Source of the DNA: the human T2T-CHM13v2.0 reference genome, Homo sapiens
Assembly (NCBI RefSeq): GCF_009914755.1
Contig: NC_060948.1
DNA length: 64,000 bases
Strand: one strand, 5' to 3'
Part shown: piece by piece, positions 46,380 through 58,956 of the stretch
How positions within the stretch are numbered: the first letter of the stretch is position 1
How the letters are laid out: each line of letters begins with the position of its first letter
The notes under the pieces: generated by a model
Seen by the model: only the letters and a program-made list of their open reading frames with translations
Databases searched by the model: none
Told to the model about the DNA's origin: nothing
Position numbers and translations under genes: made by a program

Positions 46380-47362
46380 TCTTTTTAAAAATTTTAAATT
46401 GTTGCATTACAATAGTACATATTTATGTGGTACAAAGTGATATTTCAATACATATATGCAATATGTAACGATCAAATCAAGGTAATCAGCATATCTAGCA
46501 TCAAAAATAATTTATGTTAGGAACATTCAAAATCCTCTCTTCTAGCTATTTGAAAATATACAATAAATTATCATTAACTATATTCACCCTTTAGTGCTAT
46601 AGAACACCAGAACTTATTCCCCCTACCTGTAATTTTATATCTGTTAACCAACCTCTGACTGTCTCCCTTTTCCAGACTCCAGTAACCACAATCCTACTCT
46701 CTACTTCTATGAGCTCAACTTTTTAAGATCCTACATATGAGAGAGATCATGAGGTATTTATTTTTCTGTGACTGACTTACTTCACCTAACATAATGGCTT
46801 CCAGGATCATTCATGTTGCTGTGAATGACATAATTTCATTTTTCTTTATGGCTAAATAGTATTCCACTATGTACATATACCACATGTAATTAATCTGTTC
46901 ATCTGTTAATGGACATTTAAGTTGATTCCATATCCTGGCTATTGTGAATAGTGCTGCAATAAACATAGGGGTGCAGATATCTCTTTGAAAGACAGACAGA
47001 CAGTGAGAGTGAGAGAGAGAGAGAGAGAGAGAGCAAGAGCCAGAGAGCGAGAGCACCAAATCCTAACCACTAGACCACCAGAGAGCGTCATCTCTTTGAT
47101 ACACTGTTTTTCTTTCCTCTGGATAAATACCCAGTAGTGGGACTGCTGAATCATATGGTAGTTCAATTTTTAGTTTTTGAGGAACCTCCATACTGTTTTC
47201 CATAATGGCTACATTAATTTATATTCCCACCAATAGCGTATTAAGAGTTTCTTTTTCTCTATATCCTCACTAGGTTTTGTTATTTTTTGTCTTTTTGATA
47301 ACAGCCATTCTAACAGGTCAGATGATCTATTTCATTGTGGTTTTGATTTGCATTTCCCTGAC
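46380..47362 (-). mobile_element. L1MA 3' region
   Basis: Antisense L1 3' UTR and ORF2 end (ORF 46811-47059 contains CTPMFIAALFTIA). Confidence 0.85.
47049..47084 (-). pseudogene. tRNA-Glu(CTC) 5'-half retropseudogene
   Basis: TCTCTGGTGGTCTAGTGGTTAGGATTTGGTGCTCTC, 33/36 to recalled tRNA-Glu-CTC nt 1-36; TSD atctctttga at 46979-46988 and 47090-47099. Confidence 0.9.
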
Positions 47363-47577
47363 CAAATATTCTATTGATAGCAAACATTATGGCCACTCCT
47401 GGCCATAAATCTTACCTGTATATAAATGTTGGTTACATTTTTCTTGGTATATAAAAAAGGAAATGAACTTCAATGACCTCAACAGAGATTTAGTTTAAAC
47501 AGCAGAAAGGTCTTAAACCACGTTGTTGTCACTGCTATACAAGTGAAGTATTAAACAATCTTCTTTTGAAATCTTTA

Positions 47578-47991
<414 letters not shown>

Positions 47992-50398
47992 TTAAATATT
48001 ACTGCTGGTTGATTTCTATCTTTTCCATTCAATTCTCTGTCCTGAGAGGCAACCATTCTTCTGATTTCTATCACCATAGATTAGTATCGCTTATTCTTCA
48101 GCATTAATGATGAAACGTTTTAAGGTGATGGAAAAGTTCTATATCTTGATTTGGGTAGTGGTTATACTGGTACATACAAGTGTCAAAACCCAGCAAACAG
48201 TATATTTAAAATCTGTGCACTAATTGTAAATTATATTTCAGTTTAAAAAAACCAAGATATTAGAGTCTTGGGAAGAGATAACTTTAAAAATAATAGATAT
48301 CATCATTCTTAAGGAGTGGACTAGGGAAGAGAAGGAAGCCAGCATGACCTCAATAGCAGATATAGTTTTATTGAACTAAAAACCAAGAAGGGAAAGAGCT
48401 GCCCTGGCTTCTCAACTGTATCCATGCTGATTAGCTAATAGCACCATTTCAATAGAATGCCCTCTGCTTTAACTGGCTCATTTGTTGTTGCAGAGCTGAG
48501 TCAACTGTACTGCCTGAAGGATGAAAACGGAGCTGGGGTAGAGAGGTGGTCATAAGATGCTACTGATTGTCTTGAAATAGAAATGTAGGAATTTACACTA
48601 GGCCATGATCAGGCATGTGGCTCTGTAGGCCCATACAGATAATGGCATCGTGCCTGCTAGCATTAGGAGAGAGTGCTCAAGGGAGAAAAAAAGTTAAGAA
48701 TTTAACTGAAAGAAATGAAACAAGCAAATATAAGACTTTTACAAAAAGGATGCCTCACCCTATGCTGATTCATTATCGGCCTTTCTTCTTGCACTATTGG
48801 CGAGGCTGGAGATTGGCACTTGGAATATATTTCTTATAGCAACCTTAGCTTATCTGCATAAATTCAAATGTACCAGTCCACAGATAAGGGGCTGTTTATT
48901 CTTTCTGATTCACATTGTTGTTTTCTTGACACATGGTAAACACTAGTAGATGCCTTATGCAATTGGGTGTGTGGAGTATTTTTTAGTCTGACAAATGCCT
49001 TTCACATCAAACTGCAACGGTCTCTGCTTTTCTTCATACTTTCAAGTCAACAGTCCTAAAGTAAAATTCCCTAGGAAGTACTGCATCAAGATCATCTTAA
49101 TTTTCCTTACTTGGTACCCTCTAGGCTAGGATTTTCCAGTGCCAAGGAGTTTAGAAAAGTAGAAAATAGAATTTTCACTGGCAAAAGACATTCTTATGAC
49201 AACAAAGCCTTCCCTTTTGCAATTCCCTGGATTTAAATGGCCTACGTATGGATAATGTTCCATTTCAGTACTCTATTCCTAAGTTATATATGCTTTGAGT
49301 TATAATTCCCCAAAGGAACTTTCCTATATTCACTCTTCCTATCTCCAAAAGCCTTTCCAAGCCCCTTGAAGAAACTAAGAGTTGCTGTAATTCATACACG
49401 TACACACATGCATACACTCTTGCCCCAAGGAACCTCTATATACTATTTCCACACCTCATAGCTTGCCTTTATGAAATAGCCCCAGCTTCAGCCAAGGGCA
49501 GGCAATTCTCACCTATGTCACCATTAGTCATTAAAGGCACTACTTTCTGGAAGGCTACTATTGTCTGTTTTGGATCTAGACAAAAATATAGGCAGATCAA
49601 TGACAATATATTATTTATATCTTCTCTGCTAAAGATGAGTTAGATGTTAATTTTCAGTACAGGTTATCAAATATACTCTGAGAACATACTTCCAATAAGT
49701 TGTAGGATACGATACAAAACGTCATCTTTTTACATAATTTCAATAGAAAAGCACATGTATTTCAATTAATTTAGTCAAAACCAAATTCCTTACTTCTTGG
49801 AAAACAGTACTGAAAAGAAAACCACCACCAATCTTGTCTGAGTGGCTTACAGGAGCCTCGAGTGTCTTCAGAAAAGCTGAACTTAGGCCTTTCACTGCAG
49901 GGAAGAGTTGGATGTCAGGCCTTAAAAGGCGAGAGTTATATAAGATGCCAGATGTTTAATCTTATCTCAAAGTCAAATATAAACGACTTGGGGACTGTCT
50001 GATGTTTTACATTCTCCACATTTATGTCCCTCTCTATTAGTGTGGATCCAAAAAGGAACTGGTATCACTCTTCACTTTTCATTCAAAGATTTCAAAGTAC
50101 TTCATATAATCCAATGACATAGTCACAAGAGAGAAAATGATGGATCCTATAACAGTGTGAAAGACTGGCAGCAGGCATAGAAAAATGTAGGAAACTGGTT
50201 CAAGAGTATAGGCATTGTTACACCACATGAGAAAATAGTACCATAAACTAATACCTGCTCCATCTCTTAGAGGAATGTCTATCTCCAAACTCCCTCTCAA
50301 CTAAAATCTGCATAAGTCTTGCCCTTTCTTCTACTAAAATTACATACAAGAGCAAGACTGTGCTCTCAAGAGACATGCCTCACTGGCTTGTCACTTAC

Positions 50399-50440
50399 CC
50401 ATGTTTCTTTGACCTCTTCAGAGCCATCAGTTTCATCCTC
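50399..50440 (-). pseudogene. PPP1R12BP: PPP1R12B pseudogene exon (42 nt)
   Basis: EDETDGSEEVKETW; polypyrimidine-TAG acceptor and GTAAGT donor. Confidence 0.92.
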
Positions 50441-51540
50441 CTAAAAAAGAAAAGGGAAGAAAATCAAGAGGCTCATCATCACAGACATCCTTGAAAACAA
50501 CAAGGTCAGATCCCATCAATTATGCATCTTGGCATTTCAAACATGGGCAATGAGAATTGACTTCCAAGTGATGCTCTGTTACTGCTACTTTTCACAGCCA
50601 TCACAGGCAGGCAACTTAGAAATGTCACCTGTAGTCTAAAAAGTCAAATCGACCACAGTTGGTAAAGGGATATCTTTAAGACAGACAGACAGACAGACAG
50701 ACAGACTTAATTTCATCTTTGTCAATACTTATCAGTCAATTTGGCCCTAAAACAATGAAATATTTTTATCTAAAAATAATTTATAATGGATGACTATTAC
50801 TGTCTCATTTCTTGTCTCACTGAATAAAGTGTGTCCAATTTTCAAAGGAGTCATTGGTAGGCAGGGTCATCTTGTCCAAGTTATTGGCCACTTGTTCTTT
50901 AAAATGCCAATAACAAGGTTGAATGAGGCTACAGAACAAGATATGGAAGAGGATGAATGGAACTACTGAATGAGTATTTGTAGTTAGTAAACATTGGCAT
51001 ATCTGTCTTTATTTTAAAGCCAAAGTTCATCTATTTTATGTTATTTGTTCCACTTTTTCTCCAAAACAGTAAAACTAAGTGAACTTGTATTACTTAGAGG
51101 TTTTAAGTTCCTTGAACTTCTTGTAGTACTCCTACAATATTTAGTTAGAATCTGCTCATATGTGGCGTTAAGATATTGTTGACTCACTACATGACATTCA
51201 GGAAATATTAGGAAGGACTACTAAAACTCAACAAGCTTATTCATTTGTTAATATTTGTTTATATGGCTGTTGTACATTTCCAGTTTTTTAATTCTTTGCC
51301 AATTATTTACTGAGTGCCTGCCATGTGCTTAGTTAGCACTGTACTAGATACTGGGAATCTAGCCGGAACATACCAAATGAGTCCCACACTAGTTAGGTCT
51401 TTCTTCTCTTTTCCTCAGTAATACTTCCTGAGAAACTGCAAGATTCATGGCACCATGAAGGACTCTTTCTTTTAAACTCAACTGTAAGAATGGTGACCAA
51501 GAGTAATACGATATGCCTCAGCACAGACAAATCTACTTAC

Positions 51541-51653
51541 ATCCTTTGACCAGAAATTGATGTCTGTGCCTCTTCATCGTTCCTTGGGCCACCTCCTCTC
51601 TTGGACAGACAGCCTCTTAGAGGACTGCTCATCCAAATCTGCTTCTTCATTCT
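51541..51653 (-). pseudogene. PPP1R12BP: PPP1R12B pseudogene exon (113 nt) with nonsense codon
   Basis: (E)NEEADLDEQSSKRLSVQERRWPKER*RGTDINFWSKD; TGA at 51574-51576; CAG/GTAAGT boundaries. Confidence 0.93.
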
Positions 51654-51741
51654 CTGGCCAGAGATAAAATAAAGTATGAACTTTAAGAATCTGCGGGATG
51701 TGCACTGTGGAGGGGCCTGTGTCTTTTGAAGCTCTACATAC

Positions 51742-51931
51742 CATTTTTGTCCATTTCCTTTGCAGTTGTAGTGTTTGTGGTAGTCTTTGAACTCTCAGAA
51801 TCAGGGACTGAAAATCTATTTGTCCATAGCAGGTGGGAACTGGTGTAGAGTGAGGGTCTTGATGTAGAAGGAGATGCTGGCGTGGTGGGTTTGTCTGGCT
51901 GAGCTGGGCACCTCAGGTGATGACAGATAGG
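51742..51931 (-). pseudogene. PPP1R12BP: PPP1R12B pseudogene exon (190 nt)
   Basis: PICHHLRCPAQPDKPTTPASPSTSRPSLY...AKEMDKN (ORF 51734-51946); TTTCCAG acceptor, GTATGT donor. Confidence 0.94.
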
Positions 51932-52494
51932 CTGGAAATAATCCACAACATGAGATATTAGAAATCAAGTCCATCTAAAGAGTAAGGACAGCAGGTTTAT
52001 ACAAAATGTTTTTTTTTCTATATTAAGAGGCTTTTGAGGAGATGATGATCAATATTGAGTACCTGGTAATAGGTACTCAATAAATGAACTAAGCTAAAGT
52101 TAGTTAATTAGACAGAAAAAAAAAACAGCTTCTAGACTCCTACTCTGAGAATCCCATCATGTTGAGAACAGTTCAAGCAAATTATTCATCAATTAACCAA
52201 AGGGTACTAGATAGCATTAACCATGTAAAAAATTCCTTTGATCTTGGAATGAAAATAAGAATGATGGCCTTTTTAAGATGGAGGGCTGAAAGGCAAGGTT
52301 TATGTAGGGAAACAAAAAGATCAGGAGCATGAAGAAGCAAAAAGTAGGGATTACTTGAGAACAGAGAACAAATGTGATAATCCTACCGAGTTCTGAATAC
52401 TCTACCACCTTGCCATAACCAGGCTTACTGAAACTTTCTAAAGTTCCCATTTTCCTTTTTGTAGTTTTGTTTTGTTGTTGTTGTTCTATTTTCT

Positions 52495-52596
52495 TTTCTT
52501 TTTTTTGAGATGGAGTCTTGCTCTGTTGCCCAGGCTGGAGTGCAACGGTGCAATCTTGGCTCACTGCAACCTCTGCCTCCTGGGTTCAAGCAATTC
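52495..52596 (-). mobile_element. Truncated Alu (3' part of right arm)
   Basis: Poly(T) then gagatggagtcttgctctg...ttcaagcaattct. Confidence 0.85.
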
Positions 52597-52774
52597 TGGT
52601 CTATTGTGGTCTTTTTTTTTTTTTAAACCTGAGAGTTAGGACAGATAGAGCCTAACAATAAGACTTAACTTGGTTTATGGAAGACTCAGAGATAGATAAA
52701 TCCTTACTACACATTAAATTTATGACATAGAGATTGTACACATTTTTGTGATTTATAAAGACATAATACAATAA

Positions 52775-52995
52775 AATGTAGTAAATTTGGAGTCAGACAG
52801 ATCTTTGTTCAAATTCTAGCTTCAGCATTACTAGCTGTGACCTTGAATAAGTTACTTAGCTTCTCTGGGCCATAACATCCTCATCTATAAAACAGAGATA
52901 ACACCTTCTTCAGAGAAGATTATGAGGATTAAATTAAGAAAATGTGCATTAGGTGCTTAGAAGAATACCTGGTAATAGGTACTCAATAAATAGTA
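52775..52995 (+). mobile_element. MIR
   Basis: ggagtcagac...ctagctgtgaccttg...ctcaataaat. Confidence 0.8.
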
Positions 52996-53089
52996 GCTTA
53001 TAAAACAAACAAAATACAAAATAGAACTTCAGTTTATGGAATCTAGCCATTCAGAGTCAAAGCAAGGAGATTCCTTTCTTCTATAACCA

Positions 53090-53221
53090 CAGTGACCATA
53101 ACATTTATCAGTCCAAACGGGGACACTTTTGATAATGCAAAGGAGTGGTAATGATAATTACATAAAGTCAACAGTTGTAATTGGAACCATCTTAGGTAAA
53201 CCAGGAGTTATGTTCACCCTA
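53090..53221. mobile_element. MER94-like hAT-Blackjack MITE
   Basis: gtgaccata...ccaaacggggacactttt...tatgttcaccct termini. Confidence 0.65.
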
Positions 53222-53354
53222 AATATAAACTTATACCTTTGACTACCAACTCCACTAGAGAAATGAAACGTAAATAAAAATGTCCCTCCCAACAGTGACA
53301 CTCATGAGTGCTGTGTAAGCCCCTTAGGTTTATAAGAGTTTGAAAAACAATACA

Positions 53355-53590
53355 CTAGTAGTTAAGAGAGCAAGCTGTGGAGTCAGACTGCCTATGTTCA
53401 AACTCTGGCTTAACCACTTCTTGGCTATGTGAAATGGGCAAATTCCTTAACCTCTGTGATTCAATTTCCTCATATATAAAATAGAAATAGTAATATTTAC
53501 CTCAGAGAGTTGTTATGAGGATTAAATGCATTAATACATGAGAAGTACTTAAAATAGTGCCTGGCATAAAGTAAGCACGTATTGAGTAAA
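53355..53590 (+). mobile_element. MIR
   Basis: Near full-length MIR consensus match. Confidence 0.82.
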
Positions 53591-53901
53591 GTAAACACTC
53601 AATATATGCTTATATTTTTATTTGCATTTTGTTATACTATGACCTCTCCTTTTAGACTAGAAGGGCATTTATTCAAAAGCATCTGAGAGCATCAGTGAAC
53701 TCTCAGAAGAAAAAAATGGTCATTTAAGGACCGACATCCTCTAAATTTTTGTCACACAGGTTTGCAAACTAAAGACAGCCATACTGAGTGAGTTGTCCAT
53801 TGCAAGGTAGAACACAGCCTTTGAACTACCAGTGAAGAAGATACTCCCCAAACTAATTACCCTGCTTTTAGCACATTACATGCGAGCAAAAATGAGCTCA
53901 C

Positions 53902-54105
53902 CTCTTCATCCAGACTCCTGCCCCAGGGCTGCTGGCCCTCCCCAGCTTCTGTTGCAGGAACTGCTTAGGTCTCATGCTTCTCAGGGCTCCCCTCAAGCCC
54001 TTCAGTGTCTGTAGGCTTCTCACGAGGCTGCTCCTGAGCTTGCCTCTCTGCCCTCGACTGGCTGAATGTCCTTTCTGCTTCTTGAAGGTCTGCTAGGGTG
54101 ACACC
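53902..54105 (-). pseudogene. PPP1R12BP: PPP1R12B pseudogene exon (204 nt) with nonsense codon
   Basis: GVTLADLQEAERTFSQSRAERQAQEQPREKPTDTEGLEGSPEKHET*AVPATEAGEGQQPWGRSLDEE; TAA at 53965-53967; TTTTCCCAG / GTGAG boundaries. Confidence 0.95.
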
Positions 54106-55729
54106 CTGGGAAAATATCACAAGATCAGGGCTGTTTCACACTAACCATGGAATAACTCTTCATTGATCAGAAGTATTCCCAAAAAGATCTAATAGTTGTC
54201 AAATTCCAAAATGAAGCCCCTCAAAATGCATAATGAGGCCACTTCAAGCAATATATGCTTAAAATAAGCATCTCAGTGTACAAAGAACCCGGGCCTGAGT
54301 CTAGGTACATTTTAAATGTAATACTTTCTTTTTTCTGGTTTGATCTCCAGAAAACAGGTCAACATTGATGTCTGCCTGTTATAGATGTACTTTTCCCATA
54401 CCAAATAGTTCTCAGTATCTTTATTTGAAAGGTCTCTACCCTCCCAAGATCAAATGGTTACCAACAGAGATTCCCTAAACAGCAGATACCGGGAAAAAAA
54501 ATTCACTTAAAAAAAGAAAAACCTGGCTCAACAAGATGAAAATTCAGAGCTAGGCTATGATAACAACAACATAACCTCTTAAAACTCCTAGACTAGCTTT
54601 TCTTTAATATGAATTCCCAAGTAACTCTAGGAATCATATAGGGATATTCCAACAATTAATGCTCCCCCCCGCAGTGTCACAGGGGCAGCAAGACAGAAGA
54701 AAGGCAAATGATGACAAAACTACAGGAGAAGAGAGAAAAGGAGTTTAGAAAGAGCATGAGCTGATTCCAACTCAAGTAGTTATGTGCATGAGTCCTCAGA
54801 AGAAGGAAGTTCCAAAGCTGGAAGGTAGTTGATCAGGCACTGTATCCACAGCTTGCTTCCCCTCCCCACCCCCAGCTTTTTTACTATTAATTCATTTACT
54901 TACTCATTCTGTTAATAAAGAATTAGGTGTCTTTAGGCACTAGAACTACAAAGACAAATCCAATGGTTACTGTCAAGAACCTTTTATTCTAGCAGAAAAG
55001 ATGTAAGAAAACAGATGAGTATAATGAGAGAATGTAAGTATTAAAACAGAAACACAAGAGTATATAAGAGGAATATCGAACACTGGGTTTTAAAGAGTAA
55101 AAAGAACTTGGGTAGGGGGAGGGAGAAAAGGCATTATAGGTAGAGGGATCCTGTACAAAGATATGGAAACGAGAGAGGCCATGGATGATTTAGGAATCTG
55201 CAGGTAACTTAGCAAAGATGAAGCCCACAACAAAAAAAGGAAAGTTGGAAGAGAGAGAGAGAATGAGGATAGGTGATTTTAAGAAAGCAGGCAGAGGCTA
55301 GGTCATAATAGATTTTGTAAGCTATGCTAAGAAGCTTAGATTTTACTTTCTTTGGGAGTTGGTGGTCCCTTTGAGAATCTCATGAAGACTACTGAGAATC
55401 TAATAAAATCTCCTCAAAAATTATGTACACATTTCAAGGAGTTCAAAGATCTATTCAAGTTTTGACATGGACCTTCACTCCCTCTCTGCTGAATCTTTCC
55501 CTCTAAGACGTTTCCATGTTCCTGTCTCTCCCACCTTCAATTCTATGCCCCTCTCCGGCAACTTCCCTATCTTCTCCCATTCCTTCATAAACAAACTTGA
55601 AATCATTCCACAGCAATTTATCTTCCCCTATCATTTATTTCTCACTCATTTATTTATTCAATAAATATATATTGATTTATTTACTGTATGATGGTGGAAA
55701 AGATGAGCAAAAGTATAGTCAGTCTTCTT

Positions 55730-56725
55730 TTTCACACCCATTAGGATGGTTATTACCAAAAAAAACAGGCTGGGCATGGTGGCTAACACCTGTAATCTCA
55801 GCACCTTGAAAGGCCAAGGTGGGTAGATCACTTGGGGTCAGGAGTTCAAGACCAGCCTGACTAACATGGTGAAACCCCATCTCTACTAAAAATACAAAAA
55901 TTAGCCAGGTGTGGTGATGGGCGCCTGTAATCCCAGCTACTTGGGAGGCTGAGGCAGTAGAATTGCTTGAACCCTGAGGCAGAAGTTGCAGTGAGCCAAG
56001 ATCACACCATCGCACCCCAGCCTGCGTGACAAGAGCAAACAACAACAACAACAACAAAAATATTGGTGAGGATATGGAAAAATTAGAACCCTTGTGCACT
56101 GCTGATGGGAACATAAAATGGTACAGCCGCTAAAGAAAACAGTATGGCAGTTCCTCAGAAAATTAAAAATTGAATTACCATATGATCCAGCAAATTCCAT
56201 TTCTCAGTATATACTGAAAAGAATTGAAAGCAGGGTTTCAGGGAGATATTTGTATAGCCATTCTCATAGCAGCATTAAACAGCCAAAAGGTGGAAGCAAC
56301 CCAATGTCTACTGACAGATGAATGGATACACAAAATGCAGTATCCATAAAAGGCTGAAATATTCATCCTTTAGGAGGGAGGAACTCTGACACATGCTACA
56401 ATATGGATGAACCCTGATAACTATGCTAAGTAAAATACGACACAAAAGGACAACTACTATATGATTCTACTTATTTGAGGTTCCTAGCATAGTCAAGTTC
56501 ATAGACAGAAAGTGGAAGCAGCATTGCCAGAGGGAAATGGGGAGTGATTATTTAATGGATACAGAGTTTCAGTTTGGGAAGAGGAAGAAAGTTCTAGAGA
56601 TGAATGGTGGCGATAGTTATACAACAATATAAATGTACTTAATGCCATTAAACTGTAAACTTAAAAATGGTAAAACTGGTAAGTTTTATGTTACATATAT
56701 TTCACCACAATAAAACAAAACAAAA
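55730..56725 (+). mobile_element. L1MB 3' region with nested AluS (55768-56060)
   Basis: ORF 56118-56321 resembles ORF2p C-terminus ([16 protein letters not shown]); L1MB 3' UTR. Confidence 0.82.
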
Positions 56726-57314
56726 AAACAGTCAGTCTTGGTTCTCTTAGGGGTTACATTCTAATGGAGGAAACAGACAAATAATCATCAAGTACAAATA
56801 AAGGAAGAATACATGACCTACTTTGGGAGAGTCAAGAAAGACAACAAGGGTGTTTTTGCTGCCATATATAATGTCTCTTTTCCAGTGGTAAAATTTGCTA
56901 CTTGACCTCTGTAGTATTTAAAACTGTGGAACTTCTCCTTTTCACTGGAAATGGACTTTTCATTCACTTCCATGCTGCTACTATTTTCTGATTTTCTTTT
57001 CAACTGCTCCTGCTGCTTCTTTTCATTCTGTTTCATGGGCTTATCTTTCTTTGCTTCTTTAAATAACAAATTCATAGCCTTCTCTCAATTTTCACTGCCA
57101 TTACAACTTGATTTCATACCCTTGTAATTTCCTGGGACTACAATACAACTTGGACTACAATACAGTTCCCAGCAAGTCTTCTTGCTTCCAGGCTTGGCAA
57201 ACATACCTCTACCTACCATTCCCATCAATTATCTGCAGGGTGATTTTTCTAACCTATAATGTAGACTATATCATATTCCCTTAAACTGCTTCAATGACTC
57301 CTTCAGGGATTCCT

Positions 57315-57878
57315 TTTGTAACATCTTTATTAAAATACAATCCTCATATCATAATCACCATTTGAAAGTATACAATTCCTTGGTGTTTAGTTTATTCACA
57401 GAGTTATAAAATTATCACATCTAATTTCGTAATTTTCATCACCCCAAAAAGAAACCGCGTACTCACCATTCTGCCTTCCCCCCAGCCCTGGCACTAATCT
57501 AATTTCTGTCTCTTTGGATTTGCCTATTTGGGACATTTCATATAAATGGAATCATATAATATATGGAGTGTTTTGTGTCTGGCCTTTTTTAACTTAGCAT
57601 AATGTTTTCTTAAGGTTCATCCATGTTGTAACATGTATCAGTACTTCATTTTTTTTATTGCCAAATAGTATGGATTTATCACATTTGGTTTACCCATTCA
57701 TTAGTAAATAGACATTTGGCTTATTGTTACTTTTTGGCTATTATGAATAATACTATTACAAACACCTATATACAAGTTTTTATATGAACATATGTTTTCA
57801 TTTCTCTTGAGTAGAACTGCTGAGTCAAATGGTAACTCTAAGTTTAAAATTTTGAGGAATTGCCAAACTCTTTTCCCT
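57315..57878 (-). mobile_element. L1MB 3' fragment
   Basis: Antisense L1MB 3' UTR (ggacatttcatataaatggaatcata). Confidence 0.78.
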
Positions 57879-58124
57879 TACGGATTCTTAAAATGTAGTA
57901 GGGATATAGGGATGTATAGGGATTCTTAAGGTCTTTAAGCACAAGTGAAATAATTAATCCTGTGAAGGAAAAGAGATAAACCTGTTCTAAGCCTGGAGGA
58001 ATATTGGTGAAATGGGTAGATGTAGATGTAAATTCATTTGGTTCTATGTAGTATAAGATTCAACACAGTGAAAGCTTTTAAGACTGGCTGGAATAGGGCA
58101 GTCATTTTTATGTGTGTGTTTTGC

Positions 58125-58434
58125 TTTGTCTTGTTTTTTTGAGATGGAGTCTCGCTCTGTCACGCAGGAGGGCAGTGGAGCAATCTTGGCTCACTGGAAC
58201 TTCTTCTGCCTCCCAGGTTCAAGCAATTCTCCCACCTCATCCTCCCAAGTAACTGAAATTACAGGCACACACCACCATGCCTGGCTAATTTTCATATTTT
58301 TAGTAGAGACAGGGATTCACCACGTTGGCCAGGCTTGTCTTGAACTCCTGACCTCAAGTCAGGAATGCTCTTGGTCTCAACTCCTTGGCCTCACAAATTT
58401 CTGGGATTACAGGTGTGAGCCACCATGCCAAGCC
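58125..58434 (-). mobile_element. AluS with internal rearrangement
   Basis: Antisense dimer; extra sequence at ~58358-58392; GT-rich flanks. Confidence 0.88.
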
Positions 58435-58722
58435 GTGTGCGTGTGTGTGTGTCTGTGTGTTTAAATCAGCAGTTGAACATGGATATTGCAGTGTGTTTTG
58501 GGACTAGAGCCAAGATGGCCAAATAGGAACAGTTCCGGTCTACAGCTCCCAGCACGAGCGACACAGAAGACGGGGGATTTCTGCATTTCCATTTGAGGTA
58601 CCGGGTTCGTCTCACTAGGGAGTGCCAGATAGTGGGTGCAGGACAGTGGGTGCAGCGCACCGCACGCCAGCCGAAGCAGGGCGAGGCATTGCCTCACTCG
58701 GGAAGCTCAAGGGGTCAGGGAG

Positions 58723-58956
58723 TTAGTTCCCTTTCCTGGTCAAGGAAAGGGGTGACAGACGGCACCTGGAAAATTGGGCCATTCCCACCCAAATACTGCG
58801 CTTTTCCGATGGGCTTAGGAAACGACGCACCAGGAGATTATATCCCGCACCTGGCTCCGAGGGTCCTAAACCCACGGAGTCTCGCTGATTGCTAACACAG
58901 CAGTCTGAGATCAAACTGCAAGGTGGCAGTAAGGCTGGCGGAGGGGCGCCCGCCAT
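58723..58956 (-). CDS. L1 ORF0 (antisense ORF), open, 77 aa
   Basis: MAGAPPPALLPPCSLISDCCVSNQRDSVGLGPSEPGAGY...; matches primate L1 ORF0; expression unknown. Confidence 0.7.
   Translation of the reverse strand: MAGAPPPALLPPCSLISDCCVSNQRDSVGLGPSEPGAGYNLLVRRFLSPSEKRSIWVGMAQFSRCRLSPLSLTRKGN

Noticed and set aside
47049-47084. Functional tRNA gene
   Set aside because: Lacks the 3' half (no B box, T arm or acceptor partner).
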